In this document: positions 9,102 to 19,782 of the stretch, one piece after another
Position numbering within the stretch: position 1 is the stretch's first letter
Layout of the letters: every line of letters begins with the position of its first letter
Sequence record: DRR723986_45297
Reading direction: 5' to 3' (one strand)
Length of the DNA: 59,649 nucleotides
Position numbers and translations under genes: made by a program
Notes under the pieces: model-generated
What the model was told of the DNA's origin: nothing
Seen by the model: only the letters and a program-made list of their open reading frames with translations
Databases searched by the model: none

Positions 9102-11732
9102 CTATTGTAGATTGGCTAAACTACCTTTTAATGTTTCAATCTTTGCCAAGGCGTCGGCTTCTTTTTTCTTTTCTGATGACACAACTTGTTCTGGCGCATT
9201 ATTTACAAAACGCTGATTAGATAGTTTTTTCTGTACAGATTTTAAAAAGCCTTCGGTATAATTTAATTCTTCTGTTAGCTTCTTAATTTCGGCATCTACA
9301 TCAATACTACCTGCCATTGGAATAAAATACTCATTAGATTTTACCCTAAAAGTGAGAGCTCCTTCAACAGGATGATTTATATAATCGAGATACTCTAAAT
9401 TTCCCAATTTTTTAATGACTTCATCAAACGTAGATGGAACCTTCTCATTATTTATTACTGAGAATTCAATTGTATCTTTAAATGATATATTTTTTTGTTT
9501 TCTAATATTTCTAATGCCCGAAATCACTTCAGAAGCAAAATCAAATTCTGATATTAAATGGTCATTAATCTCTTTAGTTTCTGGCCATTTAGAAATAATT
9601 AAGGCTTCTTCTGGTGATCTTTCTTTAATATATTGCCAAATATCTTCCGTTAAGAAAGGCATAAAAGGATGTACTATCTTTAAATTTTCCTCAAAAATAG
9701 CCATCACGCTTTCATAAGTAGTTCTATCTATAGGTTGCTGATAAGCTGGTTTTACCATTTCTAACATCCAGCCACAAAAATCATCATAGATTAACTTATA
9801 AATAGTCATTAATGCATCACTCAATCTGTATTTTCCAAAATGGTCTTCAATATCTACTAATGCTGCTTGAAATTTAGCCGTATACCATTCTATAGCAACC
9901 TTACTAGAATTTGGTTGTGGTATATCAGCAACTTCCCACAAATTAGTCAACTGAAAAGCATTCCAAATTTTGTTTCCAAAACCTCTACCTTGCTGGCAAA
10001 GAGCTTCATCGAACATTAAATCGTTTCCAGCAGCTGAACTTAATAGTAAACCAACCCTTACACCATCTGCTGTATATTCTTCAATTAACTTTAAGGCATC
10101 TGGTGAATTACCTAAGGATTTAGACATTTTACGTCTTTGCTTATCTCTAACTAATCCTGTGAGGTAAACATTTTCGAACGGTTTTTCGTCTCTATATTCA
10201 TAGCCAGCAACAATCATTCTTGCGACCCAAAAGAATAAGATATCTGGCCCAGTTACTAAATCATTAGTTGGATAATAATATTTTATTTCTTCATTTTCAG
10301 GATTACGAATACCATCAAAAACACTTATTGGCCACAACCACGAAGAAAACCAAGTATCAAGCGCATCTGAATCTTGAGTTAAATCTTCCTTTGAGAGTTG
10401 CGTATTACTTGTTTTATCTTGTGCTAATTTTAAAGCATCATCAATAGTTTCTGCAACTACGAAATCTTCTTTGCCATCTCCATAGAAGTAAGCAGGAATC
10501 TGCTGTCCCCAAAGTAATTGACGAGAAATATTCCAGTCACGGATATTATCCAACCAATGCCTGTATGTGTTTTCGAACTTTTTTGGAAATAACTTTATAT
10601 CTCCAGTTTTTAAAACCGCATCTAATGCAGGCTTGGCCAAATCTTCCATCTTTAAAAACCACTGATCACTTAATCTAGGCTCAATCACAGCTTTGGTGCG
10701 CTCCGATGTTCCTACCTTGTTTACATAATCTTCAGTTTTTGAGAGTTGTCCTTTTTCTTTAAGTTCGTTAACTACAGCTTTTCTTACAATAAAACGATCC
10801 TGACCTTCGTAATGCAAACCATAGCTATTTAGAGTAGCATCGTCGTTAAAAATATCTATAACTTCTAAATTGTGCTTATCACCAAGAACCTTATCATTTT
10901 CATCATGAGCTGGCGTTACTTTTAGACATCCTGTACCAAACTCAATATCTACATACTCATCTTCTATAATTGGCACTACTCTACCACAAATGGGCACAAT
11001 AGCTTTTTTTCCCTTTAAATGTGAGAACCTTTCGTCATCAGGATTTATACATATTGCGGTATCACCAAAAATAGTTTCAGGACGTGTTGTTGCGATAGTT
11101 AAAGTCTCATCACTTCCTTCTACCTTATATTCTAAATAATAAAGCAATCCTTGTTTTTCAACATATATCACTTCTTCATCAGAAAGTGTGGTTTTGGCTT
11201 CAGGATCCCAATTCACCATTCTATAACCTCTATAGATGAGGCCTTTATTATATAAATCAACGAAAACCTTTATTACAGCCTCGCTCATGTCATGATCCAT
11301 GGTAAATTTAGTACGATCCCAGTCACAAGAGCATCCTAATTTCTTTAGTTGCTCTAAAATAACACCACCATACTCTTCAGTCCATTCCCAGGCATGTTTT
11401 AAGAATTCGTCTCTTGAAAGGTCATTTTTATCAATACCTTGCGACTTTAACTTAGCAACGACTTTAGCCTCTGTAGCAATAGAAGCATGGTCTGTACCTG
11501 GAACCCAACAGGCATTTTTACCTAATAATCTTGCGCGTCTTATTAATATATCTTGAATTGTATTATTCAACATGTGTCCCATATGTAAAACACCCGTAAC
11601 ATTTGGTGGAGGAATTACAATAGTATAAGGCTCTCTATTATCTGGTGTAGAATGAAAATAATTATGCTTCATCCAGTAGTTATACCACTTGTTCTCTACT
11701 GACAATGCATTATATTTTGATGGGATTTCCAT
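9102..11732 (-). CDS. valS: Valine--tRNA ligase
   Basis: [33 protein letters not shown] and a C-terminal coiled coil. Confidence 0.98.
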   Translation of the reverse strand: MEIPSKYNALSVENKWYNYWMKHNYFHSTPDNREPYTIVIPPPNVTGVLHMGHMLNNTIQDILIRRARLLGKNACWVPGTDHASIATEAKVVAKLKSQGIDKNDLSRDEFLKHAWEWTEEYGGVILEQLKKLGCSCDWDRTKFTMDHDMSEAVIKVFVDLYNKGLIYRGYRMVNWDPEAKTTLSDEEVIYVEKQGLLYYLEYKVEGSDETLTIATTRPETIFGDTAICINPDDERFSHLKGKKAIVPICGRVVPIIEDEYVDIEFGTGCLKVTPAHDENDKVLGDKHNLEVIDIFNDDATLNSYGLHYEGQDRFIVRKAVVNELKEKGQLSKTEDYVNKVGTSERTKAVIEPRLSDQWFLKMEDLAKPALDAVLKTGDIKLFPKKFENTYRHWLDNIRDWNISRQLLWGQQIPAYFYGDGKEDFVVAETIDDALKLAQDKTSNTQLSKEDLTQDSDALDTWFSSWLWPISVFDGIRNPENEEIKYYYPTNDLVTGPDILFFWVARMIVAGYEYRDEKPFENVYLTGLVRDKQRRKMSKSLGNSPDALKLIEEYTADGVRVGLLLSSAAGNDLMFDEALCQQGRGFGNKIWNAFQLTNLWEVADIPQPNSSKVAIEWYTAKFQAALVDIEDHFGKYRLSDALMTIYKLIYDDFCGWMLEMVKPAYQQPIDRTTYESVMAIFEENLKIVHPFMPFLTEDIWQYIKERSPEEALIISKWPETKEINDHLISEFDFASEVISGIRNIRKQKNISFKDTIEFSVINNEKVPSTFDEVIKKLGNLEYLDYINHPVEGALTFRVKSNEYFIPMAGSIDVDAEIKKLTEELNYTEGFLKSVQKKLSNQRFVNNAPEQVVSSEKKKEADALAKIETLKGSLANLQ

Positions 11733-11913
11733 ATTTTGGTATTGTTTTTGCTAAGTAACTGACAAAAGTACTTATATTTCTTTTTTTGAAAAATTATTAT
11801 GGAATTAATATGTAGGATACGCCAATAATTCTGTTAAATAGATGTATTACGTCTAAATAATTTTGAGGAGACTAAAAAAGTAAGTAGTTTTATATTATCA
11901 ATTTAAAATTAGA

Positions 11914-12342
11914 ATGATGAAAAATGTAATTACAATTTTATTTGTGGCAGTTATGAGCTTAGGAATTAGTGCTCAGAAAAAGGTTGCTAAAATTGAATTT
12001 AAAACTGATGTTATTGATTACGGAACAATTGAAAAGGGTTCTGACGGTGTAAGAATATTTGAATTTACAAATACTGGAGATGCACCATTAGTTATCTCAA
12101 ATGTAAAATCTACATGCGGATGTACTGTACCTGCTTGGCCAAAAAAACCAGTTATGCCTGGTGAAACTGGAGAAATAAAGGTAAAGTATGATACAAAAAG
12201 AGTTAATCCTATAAGAAAAACCATTACTGTGTATTCTAATGCAGAGACACCAACTGTAGCTTTAAAAATTAAAGGACAAGTTGTTGACCCTAATAAAACA
12301 AGTGTTTTAGAAAAGAAAAGTAAAAGCATGGTAGAACAATAA
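11914..12342 (+). CDS. Secreted DUF1573-like Ig-fold protein
   Basis: Signal peptide; F.FTNTGDAPLVI..V..TCGCT.P..P..P..PGE.G.I.V.Y pattern. Confidence 0.8.
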   Translation: MMKNVITILFVAVMSLGISAQKKVAKIEFKTDVIDYGTIEKGSDGVRIFEFTNTGDAPLVISNVKSTCGCTVPAWPKKPVMPGETGEIKVKYDTKRVNPIRKTITVYSNAETPTVALKIKGQVVDPNKTSVLEKKSKSMVEQ

Positions 12343-12374
12343 TAGTTTTATTGTTTTAAAGATATTATGAGCTC

Positions 12375-13742
12375 TCAATTTGAGGGCTCATCTTTTTTAA
12401 AGGCATTATCTAATTTAAACTTAAATAACATCTCCACGCCGTTTCTTTCTATTCTAAGGCGTATGACCTTCCCAGTTTCACCATGCAAAATACTATTTAG
12501 CTCTGGCAATTTATAATTATAGGCTGGTTTCCCATTGATTTTCAAAAGAATATCTCCGACCATAAGACCAATCTTTTTTGCATTAGAAGATGAACGTAAT
12601 TCTACTATTTTATATGCTGGTTTTATTAGAGTTCTATAATTAATAGAAAAATCTATCTGCACGGCGTTATAGTTATTCTTAGAACTATAATTATCGTAAT
12701 CGGTCACTTTAATTTGTTCTCTAATGAACATTGATCCATTATGCTATAAAACAATTCCACTGTTGTTATATGTGAAAGGATCATTGTAATAACTGTTCTT
12801 TTTAAAATAGATTTTTCTATTCGTGTAATCAAAATGTATATTAAATCGCTTAAGTATGCTGCCACCAACGCTACCACTACGTTCTTTATACAATTTTACT
12901 CTATCTATAGAAATAGAATCTGGGAAAGCAACATTAACATCATTCAGTACAAATTCACCCAACTGAAAACTCTTTACTTTAGATCGTTTGCCATATACAG
13001 ACCCGCTTAAACCTTTACCTAAATAATCATCAAAAAATAAATCTTCCTTGGGCGTAATTCCATTTTCAATATCTTCAAATAGCCAAAGTGCATCACTACT
13101 ACCTGTATCAATAAGCAATTTCACGTCTGTTTCAATGTCATTTAATTTAACTTTCCCATCCAAGTATGGTTTATTCTTGAATATTTTAAGAGGTAATGAT
13201 TTCCACTTTTTTGAGGTCTTTGGTTTATAACTCTCTGGTTTGTGTAATCTTAAATACCTTGAGTTATAATTAATTTCTACAACAAAATCCTTAAAAATAT
13301 CGTAACCAATAATTCCATGAATAACCACTCCAAGTCTTGGAGTAAAGTTGATTGAGCTATCAAAAACAACATATAATTCTTTGTTGGTACTTAAGGCATC
13401 ACCAACTTTGATGCGATTATAACTAGATTTTAATGCTTTTATTCTTCCATCTCCGCCAAGCCCATGAAGATAAAAAGTTTCGGTATGCTTTAAATCTAAA
13501 GAATCACCCTCTGAAAGATTAAATAAAATGGATTTACTTACGCCAGAATCTAAAACGAAGGATAAGGTAACTCCATTAATTTCTACAGGGATAATCATTA
13601 TGTTACTTGTAAAGTCAAACTTAATTTTATCACTTACATCTTCCTTTAAAATAAAATCACCTTGAGCATGGGTAAAACAAAAAATTAAAGAGAAGAATAA
13701 TGGCAGAACATACTTAAAACTTGAATTCAACACCTCATTCAT
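12375..13742 (-). pseudogene. Secreted retropepsin-like aspartyl protease plus C-terminal PDZ domain, split by an in-frame TAG at 12744-12746
   Basis: Two aspartyl motifs (LDSG, IDTG). The read-through SGIVL*HNGSMFIREQ stays in frame into the PDZ-like ORF 12375..12731 (A..IGL.VGDILLKING). Confidence 0.75.
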
Positions 13743-13844
13743 TTTACATCAATTTACAAATCTTTATCTTTTGCTTTATTTTAAGAGTTATTTTTTAAAT
13801 AAACTTTAAGAAATTTCAGAACTTAGCACTCTAAAATTATTTTC

Positions 13845-15035
13845 ATGCCTAAAATTTCAAAAAAAGGAATAAACATGCCTGAATCACCAATTAGAAAATT
13901 GGTGCCATATGCTGAGGAAGCTCATAAAAAAGGCAAAACGGTTTACTATTTAAATATTGGACAACCAGATATTAAAACACCAACTTTAGCTTTAGATGCT
14001 GTTAAAGTACATTCTTTAGATATATTGGCATATTCTCGTTCTGAAGGATCTGAAGGATATAGAATTAAAATAGCCGATTATTACAAACGAAATTCTATAG
14101 ATGTCACTCACAATGATATCATCGTTACAACAGGTGGTAGTGAGGCACTTTTATTTGCTTTTGGAAGTATAATGGATGAAGAAGATGAAATTATAATACC
14201 TGAGCCATTTTATGCCAATTACAATGGTTTTTCTACGGCTTCTAGTGTTAATGTAGTGCCTGTAATTTCAAAAATTGAAGATAATTTTGCATTACCACCT
14301 ATCGAAGAATTTGAGCGATTAATTACGCCAAAGACAAAAGCTATTTTAATTTGTAATCCAGGTAACCCAACAGGTTATTTATATTCCAAGGAAGAAATAA
14401 AGAAATTAGCTTCTATTGTTAAAAAACACGACTTATTTTTAATAGCAGATGAAGTTTATAGAGAATTTGTTTATGATGGCATCTCTCATTATTCAATACT
14501 ACAAGAACCTGGATTAGAGGAACATGCTATTGTTATTGATTCGGTCTCTAAACGCTATAGCATGTGTGGTGCACGTATTGGTTATCTGGTTTCAAAAAAT
14601 AAGGATGTTATTAAAACAGCTTTAAAATTTGCGCAAGCTAGGTTAAGTCCACCAACATTGGCTCAAATAGCCAGTGAAGCTGCTCTTGACACACCACAGA
14701 GCTATTTTGATGATGTAACGAAAGAATATGTGAAAAGACGAAACCTGCTCATTGAAGAATTAGAAAAGATACCAGGTGTAAAAGTTGCTAAACCAAACGG
14801 AGCATTTTATTGTATAGCGGAATTACCAATTAAAAATTCTGACGTTTTTGCGAGATGGTTATTAGAATCCTTTGATTATGAAAACAACACGGTAATGGTA
14901 GCTCCTGCAGCTGGCTTTTATTCAACACCAGGTGTTGGATTAAACCAAATTAGAATTGCATATGTACTCAATGAAGAGAGTTTAAAAATTGCTGTAAAAG
15001 TTTTAGCTGAGGCATTAAAAGTATATAAAGACTAA
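13845..15035 (+). CDS. PLP-dependent aminotransferase class I/II (aspartate aminotransferase-like)
   Basis: LNIGQPD, CNPGNPTG, DEVY and S.SKRYSMCGARIG. Confidence 0.92.
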   Translation: MPKISKKGINMPESPIRKLVPYAEEAHKKGKTVYYLNIGQPDIKTPTLALDAVKVHSLDILAYSRSEGSEGYRIKIADYYKRNSIDVTHNDIIVTTGGSEALLFAFGSIMDEEDEIIIPEPFYANYNGFSTASSVNVVPVISKIEDNFALPPIEEFERLITPKTKAILICNPGNPTGYLYSKEEIKKLASIVKKHDLFLIADEVYREFVYDGISHYSILQEPGLEEHAIVIDSVSKRYSMCGARIGYLVSKNKDVIKTALKFAQARLSPPTLAQIASEAALDTPQSYFDDVTKEYVKRRNLLIEELEKIPGVKVAKPNGAFYCIAELPIKNSDVFARWLLESFDYENNTVMVAPAAGFYSTPGVGLNQIRIAYVLNEESLKIAVKVLAEALKVYKD

Positions 15036-15036
15036 G

Positions 15037-16047
15037 ATGATTTCTCATAATGTTTCTTTACAATCCTTTAATACTTTCGGTATCGATGCAAAAGCAAGTT
15101 CTTATTGCAATGTTACATCGGTTAAAACCTTAAAATCTGTACTAAAAGAGTATCATAATAAACCACTATTTTTTTTAGGCGGAGGAAGTAATATGCTACT
15201 CACCAAGGATATTGAGGCTTTGGTTCTTCATTTAAATTTAAAAGGCATTGACATTGTAGAAGAAACAGATGAAACTGTAGTTATAAAAGCCATGGCTGGC
15301 GAAAACTGGCATGATTTTGTACTTTGGTGCCTAAAACACAATTTTGGTGGAGTAGAAAATTTGTCGCTAATACCCGGAAATATAGGTACTGCACCTATTC
15401 AAAATATAGGTGCCTACGGAGTAGAGTTAAAAGACATCTTTCTGAGCTGCGAAGCTATCAGTGTAAAAGATCAAAACGTAAGAGTATTTAACAAAGCTGA
15501 GTGCAAATTTGATTATAGAGAATCTATATTTAAACAGCAATTAAAGGGACAATATATTATTACAAGTGTTAATCTAAAATTAACAAAAAACAATCATCAG
15601 CTACACTTAGATTATGGTGCCATAAAGGACCAATTACTAAAATCTAAGATTGAGGAGCCTACAATTAAAGATATTTCAAATGCCGTAATTGCTATAAGGC
15701 AAAGCAAATTACCAGATCCAAAGGAAATTGGAAATAGTGGAAGTTTCTTTAAAAACCCTATCATTTCTGAAGATTTATTTAAAAAGCTTCAGGAAAATTT
15801 CCCAGAAATACTCTCTTACAAGATTTCAGATAAAGAAGTTAAAGTACCAGCAGGCTGGTTAATAGAAAAAGCCGGTTTTAAAGGAAAACGGTTTGGTGAT
15901 TATGGAGTGCATAATAAACAAGCACTGGTTTTAGTTAATTATGGAAATGCAAAAGGTGAGGATATTTATCAATTAGCATTATTGATAAAACACACTATTA
16001 AAAGAATATTCAATATTGAGATTGAGACAGAAGTCAATATCATTTAA
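15037..16047 (+). CDS. murB: UDP-N-acetylmuramate dehydrogenase
   Basis: NTFGI, LGGGSN, IPG..G.APIQNIGAYG, GNSGSFFKNP and QALVLVN. Confidence 0.97.
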   Translation: MISHNVSLQSFNTFGIDAKASSYCNVTSVKTLKSVLKEYHNKPLFFLGGGSNMLLTKDIEALVLHLNLKGIDIVEETDETVVIKAMAGENWHDFVLWCLKHNFGGVENLSLIPGNIGTAPIQNIGAYGVELKDIFLSCEAISVKDQNVRVFNKAECKFDYRESIFKQQLKGQYIITSVNLKLTKNNHQLHLDYGAIKDQLLKSKIEEPTIKDISNAVIAIRQSKLPDPKEIGNSGSFFKNPIISEDLFKKLQENFPEILSYKISDKEVKVPAGWLIEKAGFKGKRFGDYGVHNKQALVLVNYGNAKGEDIYQLALLIKHTIKRIFNIEIETEVNII

Positions 16048-16082
16048 AAAAACAAAAGCCGCAATTAAAACTGCGACTTTTG
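16046..16082 (-). terminator. Intrinsic terminator that pairs best on the minus strand
   Basis: Minus strand agtcgcagt-ttta-attgcggct (two G-U pairs) followed by tttgttttttt. The same positions are C-A mismatches on the plus strand. Confidence 0.6.
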
Positions 16083-16185
16083 AATTTAGAATAATTTCTA
16101 TTTGAAAATGCTATTAATCAATCTCTTATAAAGATAAAATCATTCTAAAAGTATATCTTATTCACCGTATAGGGTGTATTTAATT
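16046..16185 (-). ncRNA. Candidate ECF-dependent sRNA of about 140 nt
   Basis: Lies between the SigK-like promoter (16191-16216) and the minus-strand terminator. It contains only a 5-codon ORF. Confidence 0.35.
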
Positions 16186-16190
16186 ATATT

Positions 16191-16216
16191 TACGAACACA
16201 AATCCGTTTTGGATGT
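16191..16216 (-). promoter_or_regulatory. SigK-like ECF promoter ACATCC-N15-TCGTA, divergent from the sigma gene
   Basis: Minus strand acatcc-aaaacggatttgtgt-tcgta, resembling the SigK-type CATCC...CGAA promoter and adjacent to a sigma/RskA-like pair. Confidence 0.5.
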
Positions 16217-16247
16217 TTTATTACTAAAAAATTCAGATTTTAACATT

Positions 16248-16781
16248 TTGAGCATAACACCAACTGAAAAGAAAATAATTGACTTATTACAAAAAGGAGA
16301 TAAGCGCGCTTTAAATCTACTTTATGAAAACTATTCTAATAGTCTATATGGTGTTATTCTGAAAATTACTATTAACGAAGAGATCGCTGAGGACGCATTA
16401 CAAGAAACCTTTGTTAAAGTTTGGAAAAATGCTTCAAAATACGACCCAAGTAAAGCAAAATTATTTACGTGGTTATTTAGAATTGCGAGGAATACTGCAA
16501 TTGATAAATTAAGAAGTTTTAATAATAGATATAAGAAAGAAGTCCAAATTGAGACTTCGAACGTATATATCTTACCAACAAGCAATTTAAACCAAGATGT
16601 TATGGATATTAGAGAGCATGTTGAACGACTAGAGGAAAAGTACAGAATTGTTTTAGAAGCCCTGTTTTTTGAGGGAATGACACAACAGGAAGCAAGTGAC
16701 GAATTAGAAATTCCGCTTGGTACTATTAAATCTAGATTAAAAATTGGATTAAGAGAACTTAAGAAAGTTTACGATCCATAA
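16248..16781 (+). CDS. ECF RNA polymerase sigma factor (SigK-like)
   Basis: AEDALQETFVKVW, FTWLFRIARN.AID and EIPLGTIKSRL. Start placed at TTG 16248; the ORF track extends it to 16209. Confidence 0.9.
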   Translation: MSITPTEKKIIDLLQKGDKRALNLLYENYSNSLYGVILKITINEEIAEDALQETFVKVWKNASKYDPSKAKLFTWLFRIARNTAIDKLRSFNNRYKKEVQIETSNVYILPTSNLNQDVMDIREHVERLEEKYRIVLEALFFEGMTQQEASDELEIPLGTIKSRLKIGLRELKKVYDP

Positions 16782-16792
16782 ATATTAGTTAT

Positions 16793-17584
16793 ATGGAAAC
16801 AAAATTACATAGCTTTTTAAATTCTAACCTACTTAACAAGTATTTAGTGGGTGAAACATCTATGGAGGAATCTAAAAAGGTAGAATTTTTTATTACCAAT
16901 TATCAAGAAGCTGCTTCAGCGTATGAAAAGCTACAAGATAATTTAGAAATTATTGCTAAGGCAGGTGCAGTTGATGTGCCTAAAAACGTATTAAAAGATA
17001 TTCTAGAATCACTAGATGAAAGCAATGAAACTAAGGTGATTAATCTTGTTCATAATAAGCGAGTATCTTGGTACAGTTATGCAGCAACAGCTGCTGCCGT
17101 TCTTTTTGCTGTGTCTACATTTTTCCTTTATCAAAAAAATCAAAATTTAGTAGAAGAAAATAATATTGTTGTTGAAGAAATATACGATTTGAGAAGTGAT
17201 ATAGATAACAATAATTCTAAGCTTGAAGAACTTTCGAGAGAATTAATGAAATTAAATAACCCTGATGCTATGAAGTACGTAATTAATGGTAATGAACGTG
17301 CTAAAAACCTAAAAACAGTAGCTTATATAAATCCGGTAGAAAAAACATCTATGATAGATGTTATTACGTTACCTAAATTACCAAAGGAACAGCATTACGA
17401 GATTTGGGCAGAAATGCAAGATAGAATGGTGAACCTCGGTATATTAGACCAGTACGATCGTAAATTAAAGCAAATACCGTACCTAGAAGATGCTTTAGCT
17501 CTTAGTATTAAGATTGGCACAAAAGGTGATTCTATAAATGAGAATAATACAGCAGTGGCTGAAATATCTCTTAAGGATCAATAA
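16793..17584 (+). CDS. Anti-sigma factor (RskA-like)
   Basis: Immediately downstream of the sigma gene. Cytoplasmic N-domain, single TM, coiled coil, then LP.LP....YEIWA.....VNLG. Confidence 0.8.
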   Translation: METKLHSFLNSNLLNKYLVGETSMEESKKVEFFITNYQEAASAYEKLQDNLEIIAKAGAVDVPKNVLKDILESLDESNETKVINLVHNKRVSWYSYAATAAAVLFAVSTFFLYQKNQNLVEENNIVVEEIYDLRSDIDNNNSKLEELSRELMKLNNPDAMKYVINGNERAKNLKTVAYINPVEKTSMIDVITLPKLPKEQHYEIWAEMQDRMVNLGILDQYDRKLKQIPYLEDALALSIKIGTKGDSINENNTAVAEISLKDQ

Positions 17585-17591
17585 ACACAAA

Positions 17592-17645
17592 TAATAATGA
17601 AAATAAAAAGGGCACATATTTGTGCCCTTTTTATTTTCATTATTA
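17592..17645. terminator. Bidirectional terminator, perfect 25-bp inverted repeat
   Basis: taataatgaaaataaaaagggcaca-tatt-tgtgccctttttattttcattatta between convergent genes. Confidence 0.85.
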
Positions 17646-17650
17646 CTGGG

Positions 17651-18337
17651 TTATTCTTTTTCAAAAAGCGTTTTATGAATGACTCCTCCAATTATTGCTC
17701 CGGCAATTGGTGCCACCCAAAATACCCATACTTGAGATAAATAGGCTCCATCGGCAAATAGCGCTTGACTCAATGATCTGGCAGGATTAACAGAAGTGTT
17801 TGAAATTGGTATACTTAATAAATGAATTAATGTTAACGCCAATCCTATAGCAATTGGAGCAAATCCTTTAAGTGCACGTGCATTTATACTACCTAATATG
17901 ACTATTAAGAAAAATGCCGTTAATATAATCTCTGCAATAATTACAGCCATCATACTATAACCATCTGGTGACAAGTCTCCATATCCATTAGCGGCAAAAC
18001 CACCAAGTGATGTAAAATCAGCTTTCCCAGAAATAATCACTTTAAGAGCTAGAGCGGCAACAATAGCTCCAATAACTTGAGCAATAATATATCCTATAAG
18101 ATCCTTAGCTTCAAACTTTCCACCAGCCCAAAGACCAAGAGAAACTGTTGGATTAAAGTGTCCGCCAGAAATATGACCAACAGCATAAGCCATTGTTAAA
18201 ACTGTTAGACCAAAAGCAAGTGCAACACCTACAAACCCAATTCCTAAATCTGGAAATCCGGCAGTAAAAATTGCACTACCACAACCTCCAAATACCAGCC
18301 AAAATGTTCTGAAAAACTCTGCAAATAATTTTTTCAT
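17651..18337 (-). CDS. aqpZ: Aquaporin Z, with degenerate conserved residues
   Basis: [24 protein letters not shown] and NTSVNPARS, strongly similar to E. coli AqpZ. The first NPA is NPT. Confidence 0.92.
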   Translation of the reverse strand: MKKLFAEFFRTFWLVFGGCGSAIFTAGFPDLGIGFVGVALAFGLTVLTMAYAVGHISGGHFNPTVSLGLWAGGKFEAKDLIGYIIAQVIGAIVAALALKVIISGKADFTSLGGFAANGYGDLSPDGYSMMAVIIAEIILTAFFLIVILGSINARALKGFAPIAIGLALTLIHLLSIPISNTSVNPARSLSQALFADGAYLSQVWVFWVAPIAGAIIGGVIHKTLFEKE

Positions 18338-18433
18338 AATTAATTAGTTAGTAAAATATTTTAATATTTATTTGACACAGGTTCAGCACATTAAGTCACT
18401 ATAAACTTTGGCAACAGATTTATGCAAAAGCTG

Positions 18434-18441
18434 TATCTTTG
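18434..18441 (+). promoter_or_regulatory. TAnnTTTG -7 element, with TTTG at 18407-18410 as a possible -33 element
   Basis: tatctttg ends 19 nt before the ATG at 18460. Confidence 0.55.
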
Positions 18442-18459
18442 CATGAAATATAATTATTA

Positions 18460-18663
18460 ATGAAACTTTTACTTTTAACTTTAGGATTATTAGCATTAGC
18501 AATAGCAGGTATAGCGATAAAAATCTGGGCTAAAAAAGACGGTGAATTTGCTGGGACATGTGCCAGCCAAAACCCAATGCTAAATCAAGAAGGTGAGGCC
18601 TGTGGGTTTTGTGGTAAAACTCCAGACCAATTTAGTGACTGTAATGAACCGCAACACTCGTAA
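18460..18663 (+). CDS. Small single-TM protein with four Cys (NqrM-like candidate)
   Basis: TM helix followed by GTCASQNPMLNQEGEACGFCGKTPDQFSDC. Confidence 0.7.
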   Translation: MKLLLLTLGLLALAIAGIAIKIWAKKDGEFAGTCASQNPMLNQEGEACGFCGKTPDQFSDCNEPQHS

Positions 18664-18669
18664 ATTTTA

Positions 18670-19782
18670 ATGGCTATAGAATTGGTACTATTTTTTGCTT
18701 TTATTGCATTTGTTAGTATTCAAATCCTCTATTATCTAAATTTCCTTTTTTCATTTTCCATTAAACGTGCCGATGTTAAATTAAAGAAAAACATTCCTGT
18801 TTCTGTAATTATTTGCGCCAAAAACGAATCTGAAAATTTAAAATCCAACCTCCCTTTTATACTAAATCAAGAATACTCGAACTTTGAGTTGGTCTTAGTC
18901 AATGATAGTTCTTATGATGACACACTAGAGGTTATGAAATCATTTGCGTCTAAACATAAGAATATAAAACTTGTTGATGTTAAAACAATTGAAACCTTTT
19001 GGGGAAATAAGAAATATGCACTTACCTTAGGAATCAAAGCATCCACAAATGACTTCTTGGTATTTACCGATGCAGATTGCAAACCTAATTCTAATAAATG
19101 GTTATCGCACATTAGTAGTAATTTTTCAAACCAAAAGTCAATTGTCCTAGGATACGGAGCTTACGAAAAGAGATCTTATTCATTTCTAAATAAGCTTATT
19201 CGATTTGAAACATTAATGACTGCTTTACAATATTTTTCTTTTACCAATTTAGGTTTGCCATATATGGGTGTTGGAAGAAATATGGCTTACAGAAAAGAAC
19301 TTTTTTTTAATAATGCTGGCTTTCAAAATCATATGCATTTAAAATCCGGTGATGACGATTTATTTGTAAATGAAGTAGCAACGAAAAGTAATACAGCATT
19401 ATGTTTTACCAAAGAGAGTTTTACCGTTTCAAAACCGAAAGAAACTTTTAAAGATTGGTTTTTACAAAAGAGACGACATGTAAGTACAGCAAAATATTAC
19501 AAATGGAGTCATAAAATTCTTTTAGGCTTATTCTATGCATCTCAATTAATGTTCTGGGTTTTAGCAGGTGTTTTATTATCAATTGGTTATCAATTGTTTT
19601 GGGTTGTTATTTTAATTGGCTTACGCTTTTTTATTCAACTTTTATCTGTTGGCTTTTCTTCTAAAAAACTAGGTGAGAACGATTTAATTTTATTAGGACC
19701 CTTTTTAGAATTATTTTTAATTCCTATACAATTAAGTATCTTTATCGCTAATCTCTTATCTAAACCTAAACATTGGAAATAA
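18670..19782 (+). CDS. Membrane glycosyltransferase family 2
   Basis: SVIICAKNE, VND.S.D, FTDADC, GDDDL and Q.RRH, with TM segments. Confidence 0.9.
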   Translation: MAIELVLFFAFIAFVSIQILYYLNFLFSFSIKRADVKLKKNIPVSVIICAKNESENLKSNLPFILNQEYSNFELVLVNDSSYDDTLEVMKSFASKHKNIKLVDVKTIETFWGNKKYALTLGIKASTNDFLVFTDADCKPNSNKWLSHISSNFSNQKSIVLGYGAYEKRSYSFLNKLIRFETLMTALQYFSFTNLGLPYMGVGRNMAYRKELFFNNAGFQNHMHLKSGDDDLFVNEVATKSNTALCFTKESFTVSKPKETFKDWFLQKRRHVSTAKYYKWSHKILLGLFYASQLMFWVLAGVLLSIGYQLFWVVILIGLRFFIQLLSVGFSSKKLGENDLILLGPFLELFLIPIQLSIFIANLLSKPKHWK

